Source: Blepharisma stoltei ATCC 30299
Taxonomy: Eukaryota > Protista > Ciliophora
Reading direction: 5' to 3'
NCBI GenBank assembly: GCA_965603825.1
Contig: CBFDEM010000044.1
Coordinates: 1-64,000, forward strand
Length of the DNA: 64,000 bases
A program made the translations under genes and the position numbers. Numbering within the stretch: the first letter of the stretch is position 1; every line of letters starts with the position of its first letter. Shown here in pieces: positions 47,582-58,858 of the stretch. A model generated the notes under the pieces. The model was not told the DNA's origin and made no database searches. It was given only the letters and a program-made list of their open reading frames with translations.

Positions 47582-48163
47582 ATTTATTTCACCATGTGAA
47601 AGTTTAGAAATGGGAATTTAATACAATTTCGTAAGAGTTTTGTGGAAGAAAGGATAGGAAAATGCATGTGAAAACGATTAGTTTAAGTGTAGATAAGGTT
47701 TGAAGGGATTCAAGAAGGATTAATAGAAAATCATTAATAAATTAAGATAATCAGAGTATCGGCATTTTGTTAATATTTGAAGCATATAAATCTTTTCTTT
47801 TGGCATCCTTGTCTTGCGTTGGGAGGAGGCTTGACTGGCTGGTATTCATTTGGATTGAACCTTTCTTCTTTGTCTCTTCTGCTAAAAGCACAGCCCATAT
47901 TTATTATATTCAAAAAGCAATTGAAATCTCTCACAGATTCTTGCATGTTACACTTGCCAATAATGATAAAATAGCTGCATTTAAATTACCATAAACTTTT
48001 GTGGCAAGCATTTTCTTGAAAAATTCTTTATATATAATCAATTTCGTAAAATAATAATCTAAATAGGTAAAATATAATGATTTCCCTAATTGGCAAGGAT
48101 TTTTATAATCTCTAAATAAAATTCTGGAAAATAGCTCTTCTCTCAATAATAATTAATTTTATT

Positions 48164-49603
48164 ATGGCAAGTGAAGGGTCAGAAGAAATAGTAAAATTAA
48201 TCCAAAAAGTAGATCAAGCAGGACAATCTCACATACTGCATTACTTAGGAGAATTGGATCGAGAAAAAAAAGAAACCTTATTAGAAGAAATAAAAAGCGT
48301 TGATTTCGGGCTAGTTAGCGAACTCTACAAAACTCATCATGTCGAAGGAGTCAAACAAGCTGAAGAAATCATAATCGAGCCATACCCAAATATCCTAGAC
48401 ATCAGCACTCTATCAAAACAACACCTAAAGAACCTTCACAAAGATGGACTCAAACTGATTGCAGAAGGCAAAGTAGCCGTTTTAATGTTCGCTGGAGGCC
48501 AAGCTACACGTCTCGGAGTTTCTTACCCTAAAGGAATGTATGATATCGGACTACTATCTCACAAATCTCTATTCCAAATTTATTCAGAAAGGCTTATCTC
48601 TCTTCAAACTCTTGCATCAGAATCTTTATCATCCCCAGCCCCACCCATTCCTTGGCTAATTATGACAAACCAAGAGTCCTTGCTGCTTATCCAAAGCTAT
48701 TTCCGCTCAAATGCTTATTTTGGCCTAGACCAGTCCCAGCTTTTTTTCTTCCCCCAAGAAATGCTCCCAGCTATTGATTTTGATGGAAAAATCCTCCTCT
48801 CCCAAAAAAACAAACTCAGCTTGTCCCCTAATGGCAACGGTGGGGTATACGAAAGTTTAGAAAAATCAGGCGGCTTATTGTGGCTCGAAAACAAAAGAAT
48901 TAAATTTTTGCACATTTGTGGAGTTGACAATGCTTTGCTTAAAATTTGTGACCCAAAGTTCATTGGGTATGCAGAAGACCAAGATGTAGATGTGGTAAGT
49001 AAAGTTGTGGCAAAAAAAAGCTATAATGAAGCATGTGGAGTTTTGGCGATGAAAAATTCAAAGCTTTGTGTGGTAGAATATAGCGAGCTTAGTGAAGAAA
49101 TGGCCAAATCAGTTGATGAAGAAGGCAAACTGAGGTATTTTGGCGGAAATATTTTGAATCATATTATGAAAGTTTCTTTTATTAGGAGAATTGTGAGTAA
49201 CCATTTATCTGAATTAAGGTCAAAATACCATGTGGCTAGAAAAAAGGTACCGCATATTGAAAATGGGCAGGTAGTCACTCCGAATGTCCCAAATGCGCTT
49301 AAATTTGAGCTATTTTATTTTGACGTGCTAGAATTAGCAGAATCTTCGGCTGCACTATGCTGTGATAGAGACAGCGAATTTTCTCCTGTAAAAAATGCAA
49401 GCGGTCCTGATAGTCCTGAATCAGCAAGAACATTGATAAATAATTTACACTTAAAATGGGTGGAAAAAGCAGGAGGGATTTTACCACAAGGAATTCCTGA
49501 TGGAATTGTATGCGAAATTTCTCCTTTGGTCTCTTATGATGGTGAAAATTTGAAATTCTTGGAAAATAAAAAAATTTCTCTTCCGTTTTACCTTTATTAC
49601 TAA
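48164..49603 (+). CDS. UAP1: UDP-N-acetylglucosamine pyrophosphorylase
   Basis: AGGQATRLG..PKG, SPNGNGG, VDN, VVEYSE, KFELFYFD and EFSPVKN. Confidence 0.95.
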   Translation: MASEGSEEIVKLIQKVDQAGQSHILHYLGELDREKKETLLEEIKSVDFGLVSELYKTHHVEGVKQAEEIIIEPYPNILDISTLSKQHLKNLHKDGLKLIAEGKVAVLMFAGGQATRLGVSYPKGMYDIGLLSHKSLFQIYSERLISLQTLASESLSSPAPPIPWLIMTNQESLLLIQSYFRSNAYFGLDQSQLFFFPQEMLPAIDFDGKILLSQKNKLSLSPNGNGGVYESLEKSGGLLWLENKRIKFLHICGVDNALLKICDPKFIGYAEDQDVDVVSKVVAKKSYNEACGVLAMKNSKLCVVEYSELSEEMAKSVDEEGKLRYFGGNILNHIMKVSFIRRIVSNHLSELRSKYHVARKKVPHIENGQVVTPNVPNALKFELFYFDVLELAESSAALCCDRDSEFSPVKNASGPDSPESARTLINNLHLKWVEKAGGILPQGIPDGIVCEISPLVSYDGENLKFLENKKISLPFYLYY

Positions 49604-49679
49604 CTAAAACATTCTTTATACCATTCATAGAATTAAGTTTTATAGACATATTCAGCTGAATTTAATAATAAGATTAGCC

Positions 49680-52160
49680 TTAATATAGTTCTCTTGACTT
49701 GGGCCAATCTTCAGCTGGCTTCCCTTTTTCTTCGATGTATCTCTTTATAGAAAGAGATGGCCCATCTTCGTGTATATCGGTAAGCGCTTTTTCTAAAAAT
49801 TCTTTAGCTTCTTCCCATTGCCCGGAAATATAGTCTACATAAGCATGCCTAAACGAGTCAAAGAAATGCTGTGGAATATCTTGTTGCAGTCCTGTGATAT
49901 CAGAATCCAAAGTAAACATATAATCCACACCTTTATGCTGGAAATTCTCAACATTGACTGCATCAAGCTTGGCTAACTTAATTAATTTCCCAATATAATG
50001 AGTATCTGGGGCTGGGAGCTCTTTTTCCGTGATATCAAAAGTATACAACCCAAATGTATTTGGTAAATAATTTACATAAACAGTGTCAATCCTTCTGCAG
50101 CAGTTTTTGGCTTTGACTGACAAGTAGCCATAGAAGTCTTCACTCATAAGAACAGAGCAGCCATATTCTTTTCTAGCTTCTACTAAGTTGTACCCAACTG
50201 AGATGTGAGGGGATAAATAAGCTGGGTCAATTTTGAAGTCAGAGCCAATCACCCCTTCTATAGCCCAGCCTATGTGGATTCCAATGGTTAAGTCTGGGGA
50301 AAAAGTAGGCCCAAATCGAGAAATAATTCTGGGGTGAACTTTATATGCCTGGATTTCTGCAGATCTCCTGATTTCAGCTATAGTCTTTATAGTAGAAACT
50401 AAAGCACGATTAGCGAGATCAGTGCGCTGCATAGCAGGATTGGATAAATCGTCTTCATCAGTGTCCTTTTCACTAACTTCTGGAAGCTTCCAGACCAGCA
50501 AAAATGACCCTTGAATGTTTTTAGATACTAATCCGCCCCATTCTTTGCAGCATGTATGTATAACATTGCTAAGTTTATTTATAAAAATATGGGACTCCTC
50601 CTGCAAACATTCAGAAACCAACGTAAAATTTTCTACTTTTATTACCTGAATTACCAGTGATACTTTATTTCCAGGCCTCATCAAATTAAGCTCCCCTTCC
50701 CCACTGGTAATATTTTTGCTTAAAATATCAGCACCATCTTCCCCAAAAGACAGCTGCAATAGTGCACTTATTTTTGCAACGGTTTCTTCTAGCATATATG
50801 TTGACTCTTCTTTCCTTATATCAGAATCTTCAGTTTTTTCTTCTTTTTCGATCCTTTTCAAAGGATCGTCAGCCAAAGTTTTGATAATTAAAACCATTCT
50901 CGTAATAGGCCCAATCAGGATTTTTTGTGTATCTGCAGTAAACATGACCGCAGCTACAGTCAAAATCAGCCCTACAAAAAGGGTCGTAAAAATGTTCATC
51001 AAAGCGTCGTTTTCGCTTTGGGTTTTTATATCAAATCTAGCATAAGCTTGCAGGTTCTCACACCCTGAAACTGTTTTGTCTTTGCATTCATCAGGAGTAT
51101 ATACAGCCAGCAGCATTTCGACATCTCTTAGGTTGCATTCAGAGCCGACAGTCTTTCCTGAGCAGTTTTCATCCTGTGTTCATGCAATGCCCGAAAGATC
51201 GCTTTTTTTAATAGACCTGATTTCATGGATTTCTCCATTTTGAAAATAATCTGGCAAATACATCCATAAGAGAGGGTATTGGGCGCTTTTCCCATCAGTT
51301 TCTATTGTGCATAATGTATAGCGATATACAAGCTCATATCAGCCAAAACTTGTCTCCCAATTAATATTATTAGGATCGTCACAGAGAAATTGGTCAGTAT
51401 TAGTGCAGGAACTCCAGCCCATTCAAAAGAGCTGCTGGAGGCCATATTTTGGAGCGTTATCAGTTTCTAAAACTTGCATAATAGGGATAAAAATGACCAT
51501 CAGCAGCACCACAATGATCACTCTTCTCGTCGTTGTGTCCGAAAGAATCTTCCCTAGTCTTGTAGGGTCCATTTCTCTATTCATCGCGGCTTGTTTTGCA
51601 GTTTTTGCTAACTTCTGAGCTTGTTTCAGCCTCATTTCTTGTTCTTCTGTATCTCTTTTGGTCACATATTTATAAAGTTTCACTATTCTGACCAACCTAA
51701 TAAGCCTAAACGACTTCAACACCTTTTTCGCAATATTTTGCCCTGACTGACTTTCCCCAGTCGAAGTGTTCACAGTGACATCAGCTGAATAAGGCAGCCC
51801 TCCAAATAGAACCGTGATGTAGTTAAAAAAGAAAGGGATGTCTGGGATAAGCGAAATAGCAGCAATTATGTCCAATCAGAAGAAAAATGAATACTTATAG
51901 TCGTCGACGGCTATGCTGTTTAGGAAGATATCGAGTATGAACAAGCCAAGCATGATGACGTAAGAGACGTAGAAAGCGGTATCTGCGTCTTTGTCTGTGG
52001 TTAGAAGCCGTATATCATCTCCAAACAGGGCTCAAAGGGTAGCACTTGTCATGAGCAAAGTTACGAGTTTTCCATCCAGGATGTCTCGAAGACGCTGCCT
52101 TATCTTTGTGTCTTCGTCTTCAGGTCTGCCTGATCTCGGTTTTTTAGCAGAAGTACTCAT
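49680..52160 (-). CDS. Voltage-sensor / class III nucleotide cyclase fusion (alveolate channel-AC type), catalytically degenerate, ~826 aa
   Basis: One frame from ATG 52160 through UGAs. Motifs W(UGA)ALFGDDIR, FFFW(UGA)LDII, S4 KSFRLIRLVRIVKLYK, GKILSD.TTRRVII, G.H.GWAIEG.IGS.FKID..YLSP and a C-terminal TPR-like ..DGPS..W. Confidence 0.88.
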
Positions 52161-52208
52161 TTTTTGAATTATATGGTTACATTTATGCTTAATTTAAGAA
52201 GTTTCTTT

Positions 52209-52874
52209 TTATTTTATAATGTTTCTTTTTCTCATCTCAACAGTGAAAAAATTTGTGAAAAGAGCGCCTATAATTCCACCCAAGGAAGGAGCAATAATGA
52301 AAATCCAAGTATTTTCAAAATGCGTCCCATGCTTGATGTAATAATATATATTAACTCCTAATCCAATTGCAGGATTAAAACACCCATTCGTTATATGCCC
52401 TACTGTAGAGATACTTCCAAAAACAGTCAGCACAATAGCAGCATTAAAAACCACTTTATCTATATGCCACATTTTTCCCATCATCACTGCGTTTGCACAG
52501 ATAAGCATTGTAAAAATCAGCTCAGCCCAAAAAGCCTGGGCAATTGAGTAGTCGTCTAAGGCATCGAAAAACATGTTGTGATGGACAATTCCCCATGCGC
52601 ATAGAGCGGAAAATAAAGCCGCTATAAATTGGGTTACAATGTATAAGAGTGCATCAGTCACATCTATTTTTGAGACTTTTTTATTTAAATATTTGTCATA
52701 GAGAAGAGCAATTGTTACAGCTGGGTTGAAATGAGCACCTGAACACAATCCAGAAATACCTTGGCCACATCAGATAGCACCACATACAGCAAAAGGTTCG
52801 CCACCACTTACACCTGAAGTAAAAACTATTAAAAAGACTCCTGCGAACTCAGCACAAAGGCGTCTGAAAAGCAT
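52209..52874 (-). CDS. Aquaporin / MIP channel
   Basis: ATG at 52874, AEFAG, one UGA, SGAHFNPAVT and GCFNPAIG. Confidence 0.92.
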
Positions 52875-54972
52875 GGGCTAGTTAATTATGGATTTTTAAT
52901 ATTAAATGAGTATAAAATATAATACTTATTTTAAGCTAACTATTTAAATGCTATTTGCAATTTGTTTGCTATATGCAAATGCCTTTATTATTCACAAACA
53001 ATTTTAAAGTCTGACAATTGCATTTCCTCTTACTAAGCTTAATAATAAAAATGGTGGAAAAAGTTGTGGGAAAATACAGTTAAACATATCCGAGAGTTTA
53101 TCGGGATAATGTAAAAATAAGAGAGATTGACTTCTTTTGAAGTGGTAGGCTTAATTTAGAATATATTATTTTATAAAGTCTCTTTTATTCATCTCTGCAT
53201 TGAAAAATTCGTGAAAGAGCTCCTATAATTCCATATAAAATTCTATTCCTCCTAGAATCATTTCGTCCTACTATTCCGTATTGGTGGATAAAGGAACTCA
53301 TAATAAATATTGCGGAGGAAGAAACCATTTCATGCATAGGCATTTTCTTCTTATTCCTCTTCAATCGAAAGAAAATCAAATCTTATATATAATTTTCAAG
53401 TTTCTATGATTTTACTAAACTCCTGCATTAGGAAATTATTAAAATCAGGTGATCCGTAATTAATCCACTATTTATTGAGAGAATGAGAATAAAAAAATTA
53501 AAATGTTCAACAGACCCTATGCTCAGCTAATTATAATTCAATGAGCAGCCAGCTCATAGTCAGCTACTAAAAGTAAAAAACAGCATCTCAGAAATAAATG
53601 ATAAAAAATGCTTATCAAGCTATTAAATATAGAAAACAGATTGATAAATTATTTAAGCAACAGAAAGTATAAATCAGAAGTTTGAGCGCCCCTTTTTAAA
53701 AAAAATGAAGGATATCAATACTAAAATCCAAAATTTGAGCTTTTTTTAGAGAGCGAGCAGATTTCTTTTCTCTAGTTATTTATTTTCACGTGAATTTTTA
53801 ATTCTGCAGCATCTGGAACTGGTTGATAATTTTATGCACCTAATATAGCCCAATTGAAGCTCCATCTCTTGCAATTGGTTCGGGCCAAGAATATCACGAG
53901 CTGACAAATGTCAATTATGAGTACTTTTCAAATCGTGGAGTTGGCTTGATAAGTTTTAATGCCAAAATGAAAAATTAATTTTTATTTGAAATATGAAATT
54001 TATTGACAATTTAATCAATTAGAGGCAAATTTAAAAGAATAGAGAGATCAAAAGCATAGATTAACTTAAGATTATATTATTTTGAATTTTTGATTTCATA
54101 AGTTAATATATAGAATTTGAAATGAAACGCAAAATTTGCCATTATCAGCAAAGCGAATTTTTCAATATGGATGCAAAAAATTGTTCAAGCTCTAATAAAT
54201 AGCTTTGGCTCCTTTTGAACCTCTTAGCTGATTTTTTATGAGAAATATTACTCATAGTTTATTATTTATAGACTCTCTTATTTTTTAAAATTAAACAGCT
54301 CCATTCTCAACCCTTAAACAACTTTATTAATAAATTTAGTAAATATTCTCCATAATAATTCATTAAAAATAAAACTTATAGCCTCAAAAGTGCGTACAAC
54401 TTCCTTAATTTACCTCTAAGTAAAGAGTTATTATTATAAAGAAGCTAATAAAAATATTCCATAAATAATCGTATACGAACTAACTCTGAAAGGAGAGAAA
54501 AAAGTAATATTCGGCTTGCTTAATAATTTTTACCTTGGGATATACTTTTTCTTTTTCTTATCTACCGACATAAATATTAGGATATTCAAATTCTGATATT
54601 TATTAAAGAAGCTGTTTTCTAAGTTTTTTGTCAATTTTTATTAATTTTAAATCCTTCAAAAATTCTGATTATTTATTTATATTTACCAGTAAAAATTTCT
54701 TTGATTATCGTTTGAATTCCTCATTTTCTTTCAAAAATCCTTTAAATAAAAATTTTTGTGAACAAATTAAAATTATGAATTCTGAGGCAAATTCTAGAAT
54801 ATTTCAATCATTCCTATCATTCTTAGGATATCGTTTATCAGATTTACTTAACTTTCCTCCACTGGACCATATTCGAATAATGAAAATGGATGGTATACAT
54901 TTGATTTAAAATGCCACAGACATCTATTTCTAACTACCAAATATTCACCGAATAGCCATTACATTATAATAA

Positions 54973-55500
54973 ATGAAATCAGGAAGCCAAAATAACAACC
55001 AACCAAGACACCGTAAAACCCAAAGGCTTATTGAGCCACTTTACCAAGCATCCTACCGAGAAGTAATGCATGATCTCAAACTGCTTAATGATTTATCTCC
55101 AAAAAAGCCAGTTATCCCGACTGAAACAATTCTTCCCCTAAAGCGGCCGAGACCTGAAAGACCCGTCGAAACCATCGAGGAGACCCAAGCCCTTGAAATG
55201 CTCGTTTCTTTAATAGAGAAAACTGAGGTCAAAATTCCTAAGGCCCAATCTCCAAGAATAGAAAAAACAACAGTGAAAAGTCCTAAGGCCCAAACTCCTA
55301 AGTCGGTGAATGTACAACCAACAGGAGCGTATCAGCAAGCCCAGATGATGAAGTTAGGCATGTTTTGGAGCCAATACATGATGATGATGCAGTGGCAAAA
55401 TTATTATGCTAACTTGAATTACTATGGAGGCCCAGTAAAAAAGTTTCAAACAGAAATCAAGCAGAACGTTTACACTGATGTGTCTGCTGGAAATTTGTAA
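54973..55500 (+). CDS. Hypothetical protein, 175 aa, with a Gln/Met/Tyr-rich segment near the C-terminus
   Basis: GC-elevated ATG..TAA ORF within AT-rich flanks. Confidence 0.65.
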   Translation: MKSGSQNNNQPRHRKTQRLIEPLYQASYREVMHDLKLLNDLSPKKPVIPTETILPLKRPRPERPVETIEETQALEMLVSLIEKTEVKIPKAQSPRIEKTTVKSPKAQTPKSVNVQPTGAYQQAQMMKLGMFWSQYMMMMQWQNYYANLNYYGGPVKKFQTEIKQNVYTDVSAGNL

Positions 55501-56020
55501 TAACTTATGACAAAATTAATTTTTATAAATTTTGGCTTTTATGGACAGAATGCTATGGTTGATAAGCAATAAATGATGAGGTAGTTTATAAGGATTATGA
55601 TATCTTTTAAGGTAGGTTTTCTGCTCATTTTGCATGATTAGTTTTTGTTTGTCAGATCAGGTATGAGAAAAAAATTAAACCAATTTTTCAATTTTCCTTG
55701 GAGATTTGTGATGATGAATTTTAAACAATTTTTTTTATTTTGAGTTTGTGAAGCTTTAGAAAGCTTAGCATAAAGATTTATTAATTATTAGTTTTTTGAA
55801 ATTTCCATATTCTTCTTAGCCAATTTTCTGCCTTATATTTCCCCACAAACTATCACTTATCCTTCTATACTTATCTTCTTCCCTTTACTCCTAATCTAAA
55901 TTCTTCCCAAATCCATCACATTAATTAATCATTCTGTATTAAATAATCACGAAACTGCTATTAACTGACCCTTAGGTTTTGTTAGATAGAATTTAACTTT
56001 GCCATTATCCTGGCGAATAA

Positions 56021-57013
56021 ATGGTATCAATTTGGCTCTTGATTTCTCTAATTGGAGTATCATATGCAGCATCCCCAATGTGCTATGCAGTCTCTATTGA
56101 AGGCGGCGGAAGCCATGGAGCATTTGAAGCTGGTGCTCTCTGAACTCTTGCCTACAACTCGACCCAAAATGTCCAATGGAATGTTGTAACAGGAATTTCC
56201 ACTGGAGCTTTAAACGCTGGAGGTTGCGCTCAATTTGCCCAAGGACAAGAAAAAGCAATGTCTGATTTTCTAATAAATACTTGGCTCACACTTAATGGCT
56301 CTGCTAGTGTTTTTGTGGAATGGGATGGTGGACTTGTTGAAGGCCTTTTGTTCCAACGTGGGGTTTATGATAACAAGCCACTTGTTAAGACTTTAAACTC
56401 AAAATTCATATATGGGGTTCATAGAAACATTACAATAGGCTCCACAAACTTAGACACTGGGCTTTTTGGGCAATTTAATGAAACTCTTGGGCCTCAAGGT
56501 CTCTTAACCGCTATTACTTGTTCTGCATGTCCTCCTTGGTACTTCCCTCCAACTAACTTTTTGGGCAGCACTTGGGTTGATGGAGGCGTCGTGATAAATC
56601 TCGATGTGTTTGCAGCTGTAAACAGATGCCTTGACGTTGTTTCTGACCAATCACAAATTGTTGTTGACTTAATTTATGATAGCACTAACTATACAATCCC
56701 AGCAGAAACTAATATGACTACTTTTGACGTGTTTAGACGAGTAAAAGAAATTAAAGACTATGATGGACAAATGTGGTTCTATTATAACGCAATTACGGCT
56801 TGGCCTAAGGTGAATTATAGATACGTCATTTTCCCTAGCCAAGCAATGCCTGGAGGTCCTGGAGTTCCACTTGACTTTAACCAAACAGTACTCGTAAATG
56901 AAGTAGCGCTTGGAAAGAGTGATACCCTTAACGTACTCAATAGCAAAGTTGATGGAAAAACGATTTTAATGCAAAGATATCACGAAAACAAGAGTAAAGT
57001 CATTTACCCTTAA
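56021..57013 (+). CDS. Secreted patatin-like phospholipase
   Basis: ATG at 56021, signal peptide, EGGGSHG oxyanion motif, one UGA, GISTG nucleophile and DGG. Confidence 0.9.
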
Positions 57014-57100
57014 TTTATTATTCTTCCGTAGCTAAAACAGACCTATTTTTAATCAAATTAAATGCATTTTCAGCTTAAAATCCTAAAATTTATATAAAGA

Positions 57101-58591
57101 TTAATCATTTATTAAATAATCAATCATTCCAATCACTTCCAAACTCTCAGCCTTTAATTTGTATTCCTCCGCAGCCGCTTCTCTCAACTCTTCCAGTTCT
57201 TTTTTCACTTCAGGGTTTATCAAAGAAACAGCAGAATACATATCCACAACAATATTAGCCAGCGGAATGACCACATGAGAGTATTTGGGATTATTCACTT
57301 TTTCAGCCACCCAAGCAATAATCTTTGCGATATCTTGTGGCTCCCTCTGCTTTAGCGCTGCAATTAGCCCATCTCTTTGTTCTAATTCCTGAATAATCGT
57401 TATAATTAGCTCAGGTCTGTCTAACTCAAAAGCCAAATCTATCACTTCTGAATATCTGAATTTCTTTAGCAGGACGTCATACTCCTTTAGCTTCTTTTTT
57501 ATTTGCCCTTCAATTTGTATTTCATTGCCGTCTGGCTTGCTATAAACTCCTCTATTAAAATACTTATAATCCTTTACTGTCTCTGTTGGGGCTGTTTTTC
57601 TGTATTCTTCCCATTTTTCTAAATAAATCTGGTCAGTTTCTTCGATTTTCTTTTTTCGCTTTGGTTTTGCATTTTTGTGCTGCCTTACAGAAAGTTTTCC
57701 ATCAGCCATCCCAACAACTAGATGGGAATTTTCATTGGTTACTTTGGCAGATAAGACTGGGCTGGGGTATTTTATTGTATGTCCTACTGTAAAATCCTTC
57801 AAATTGTGGATTTTGACAGAGCCGTCTAAGCTGGATGTAATTAGTCTTGTATTGTGTGAATCTGTTGAGATTGAGGTAATATTTTTACTATGTGTGCTAT
57901 AAGTGTGTAGTAATTTGTTTTGGTTTAAGTCCCAGACTTTATAGTTTGTATGGCCAGCTGTGATTAAAAAGTCATTAATGCCAAGCACTGCAGAAACAGG
58001 GGCATTGTGGTTGAATTCTTTGACCATCCCGATGCGCTTGTCCCATAGCTTGATTATGCCGTCCATGCCACCACTGATAGCTAGCTCCCCTACGGTTCCT
58101 ATAGCTCTGACATAATCATTGTGGCCTTGCCAGGCTTCTAATTCTTTGTTTTGGGATAAATCCCATAATCTTACATTCCCATCGTCACAGCCTGTAATAA
58201 AGTTTCCATCACCCCAAAAAGTCATCGCATAAGCAGGCTTTGGATGCTTATAATTCCTCAATAAGGTTTTTGTATTTACCTGAAAAATTGAGACTTTACC
58301 TTCAATATCTCCTGCAGTGAAAAGTTCACCATCGTTTCTAAAGCACCCACCCAGAGCCAAAGTGCGGAACCTCGATATTGAAAATTCATGAGAATTTTGG
58401 TAATTAAAAAATCTGACTGAATTAGATGATGTGCATGTGTAAAAATCTGAAGAGCTTGCTACATTTACAATAGCAGCGTGGTCCTGGCGAAGCAGAACAT
58501 TACGAAACGACTTCCAATACTTTTGTTCTGCAGTTTCTGAGGTAGGCTTTTTAGGAAATTTTATAAGCTCTAAAGGCTGGTAGTTTGCCAT
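57101..58591 (-). CDS. UTP15: U3 snoRNA-associated WD40 protein UTP15
   Basis: EQKYWKSF, FRNDG.L..AGD, HNDYVRA, WD repeats and a C-terminal LKEYD.LLKKFRY..EL..R.GL..AL domain. Confidence 0.9.
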   Translation of the reverse strand: MANYQPLELIKFPKKPTSETAEQKYWKSFRNVLLRQDHAAIVNVASSSDFYTCTSSNSVRFFNYQNSHEFSISRFRTLALGGCFRNDGELFTAGDIEGKVSIFQVNTKTLLRNYKHPKPAYAMTFWGDGNFITGCDDGNVRLWDLSQNKELEAWQGHNDYVRAIGTVGELAISGGMDGIIKLWDKRIGMVKEFNHNAPVSAVLGINDFLITAGHTNYKVWDLNQNKLLHTYSTHSKNITSISTDSHNTRLITSSLDGSVKIHNLKDFTVGHTIKYPSPVLSAKVTNENSHLVVGMADGKLSVRQHKNAKPKRKKKIEETDQIYLEKWEEYRKTAPTETVKDYKYFNRGVYSKPDGNEIQIEGQIKKKLKEYDVLLKKFRYSEVIDLAFELDRPELIITIIQELEQRDGLIAALKQREPQDIAKIIAWVAEKVNNPKYSHVVIPLANIVVDMYSAVSLINPEVKKELEELREAAAEEYKLKAESLEVIGMIDYLIND

Positions 58592-58668
58592 ATTAGCAAT
58601 TAAATGATTTCAGGGTTCAAGCACTGAAAGGGGATAATAATTAAATTTTATAACAAAATAAGGCTATA

Positions 58669-58676
58669 TGACGTCA
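58669..58676. promoter_or_regulatory. CRE-like palindrome TGACGTCA in the UTP15 / hypothetical-gene divergent promoter
   Basis: Same 8-mer in a second, very AT-rich divergent spacer. Confidence 0.3.
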
Positions 58677-58858
58677 ATAAATGTGAGAACATAATTAATA
58701 ATTTTTACTATAATTCCAAATATGATCTAAAAAAATTTTCCTCAATATGATTATAAAAAAATTATTACTTGCTTTGTTAACAAAAGTCGACTTTAAATTC
58801 TATGGTAATTAAATTAATGGTTCCATATTAAAACTAGTTAGTATTTAATAGAGAAGTC

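Noticed and set aside
54628-54909. 93-aa ORF, and similar ones at 7355, 13847, 47767, 47931 and 53185
   Set aside because: Non-ATG starts or F/I/N/K-rich translations of AT-rich intergenic DNA.
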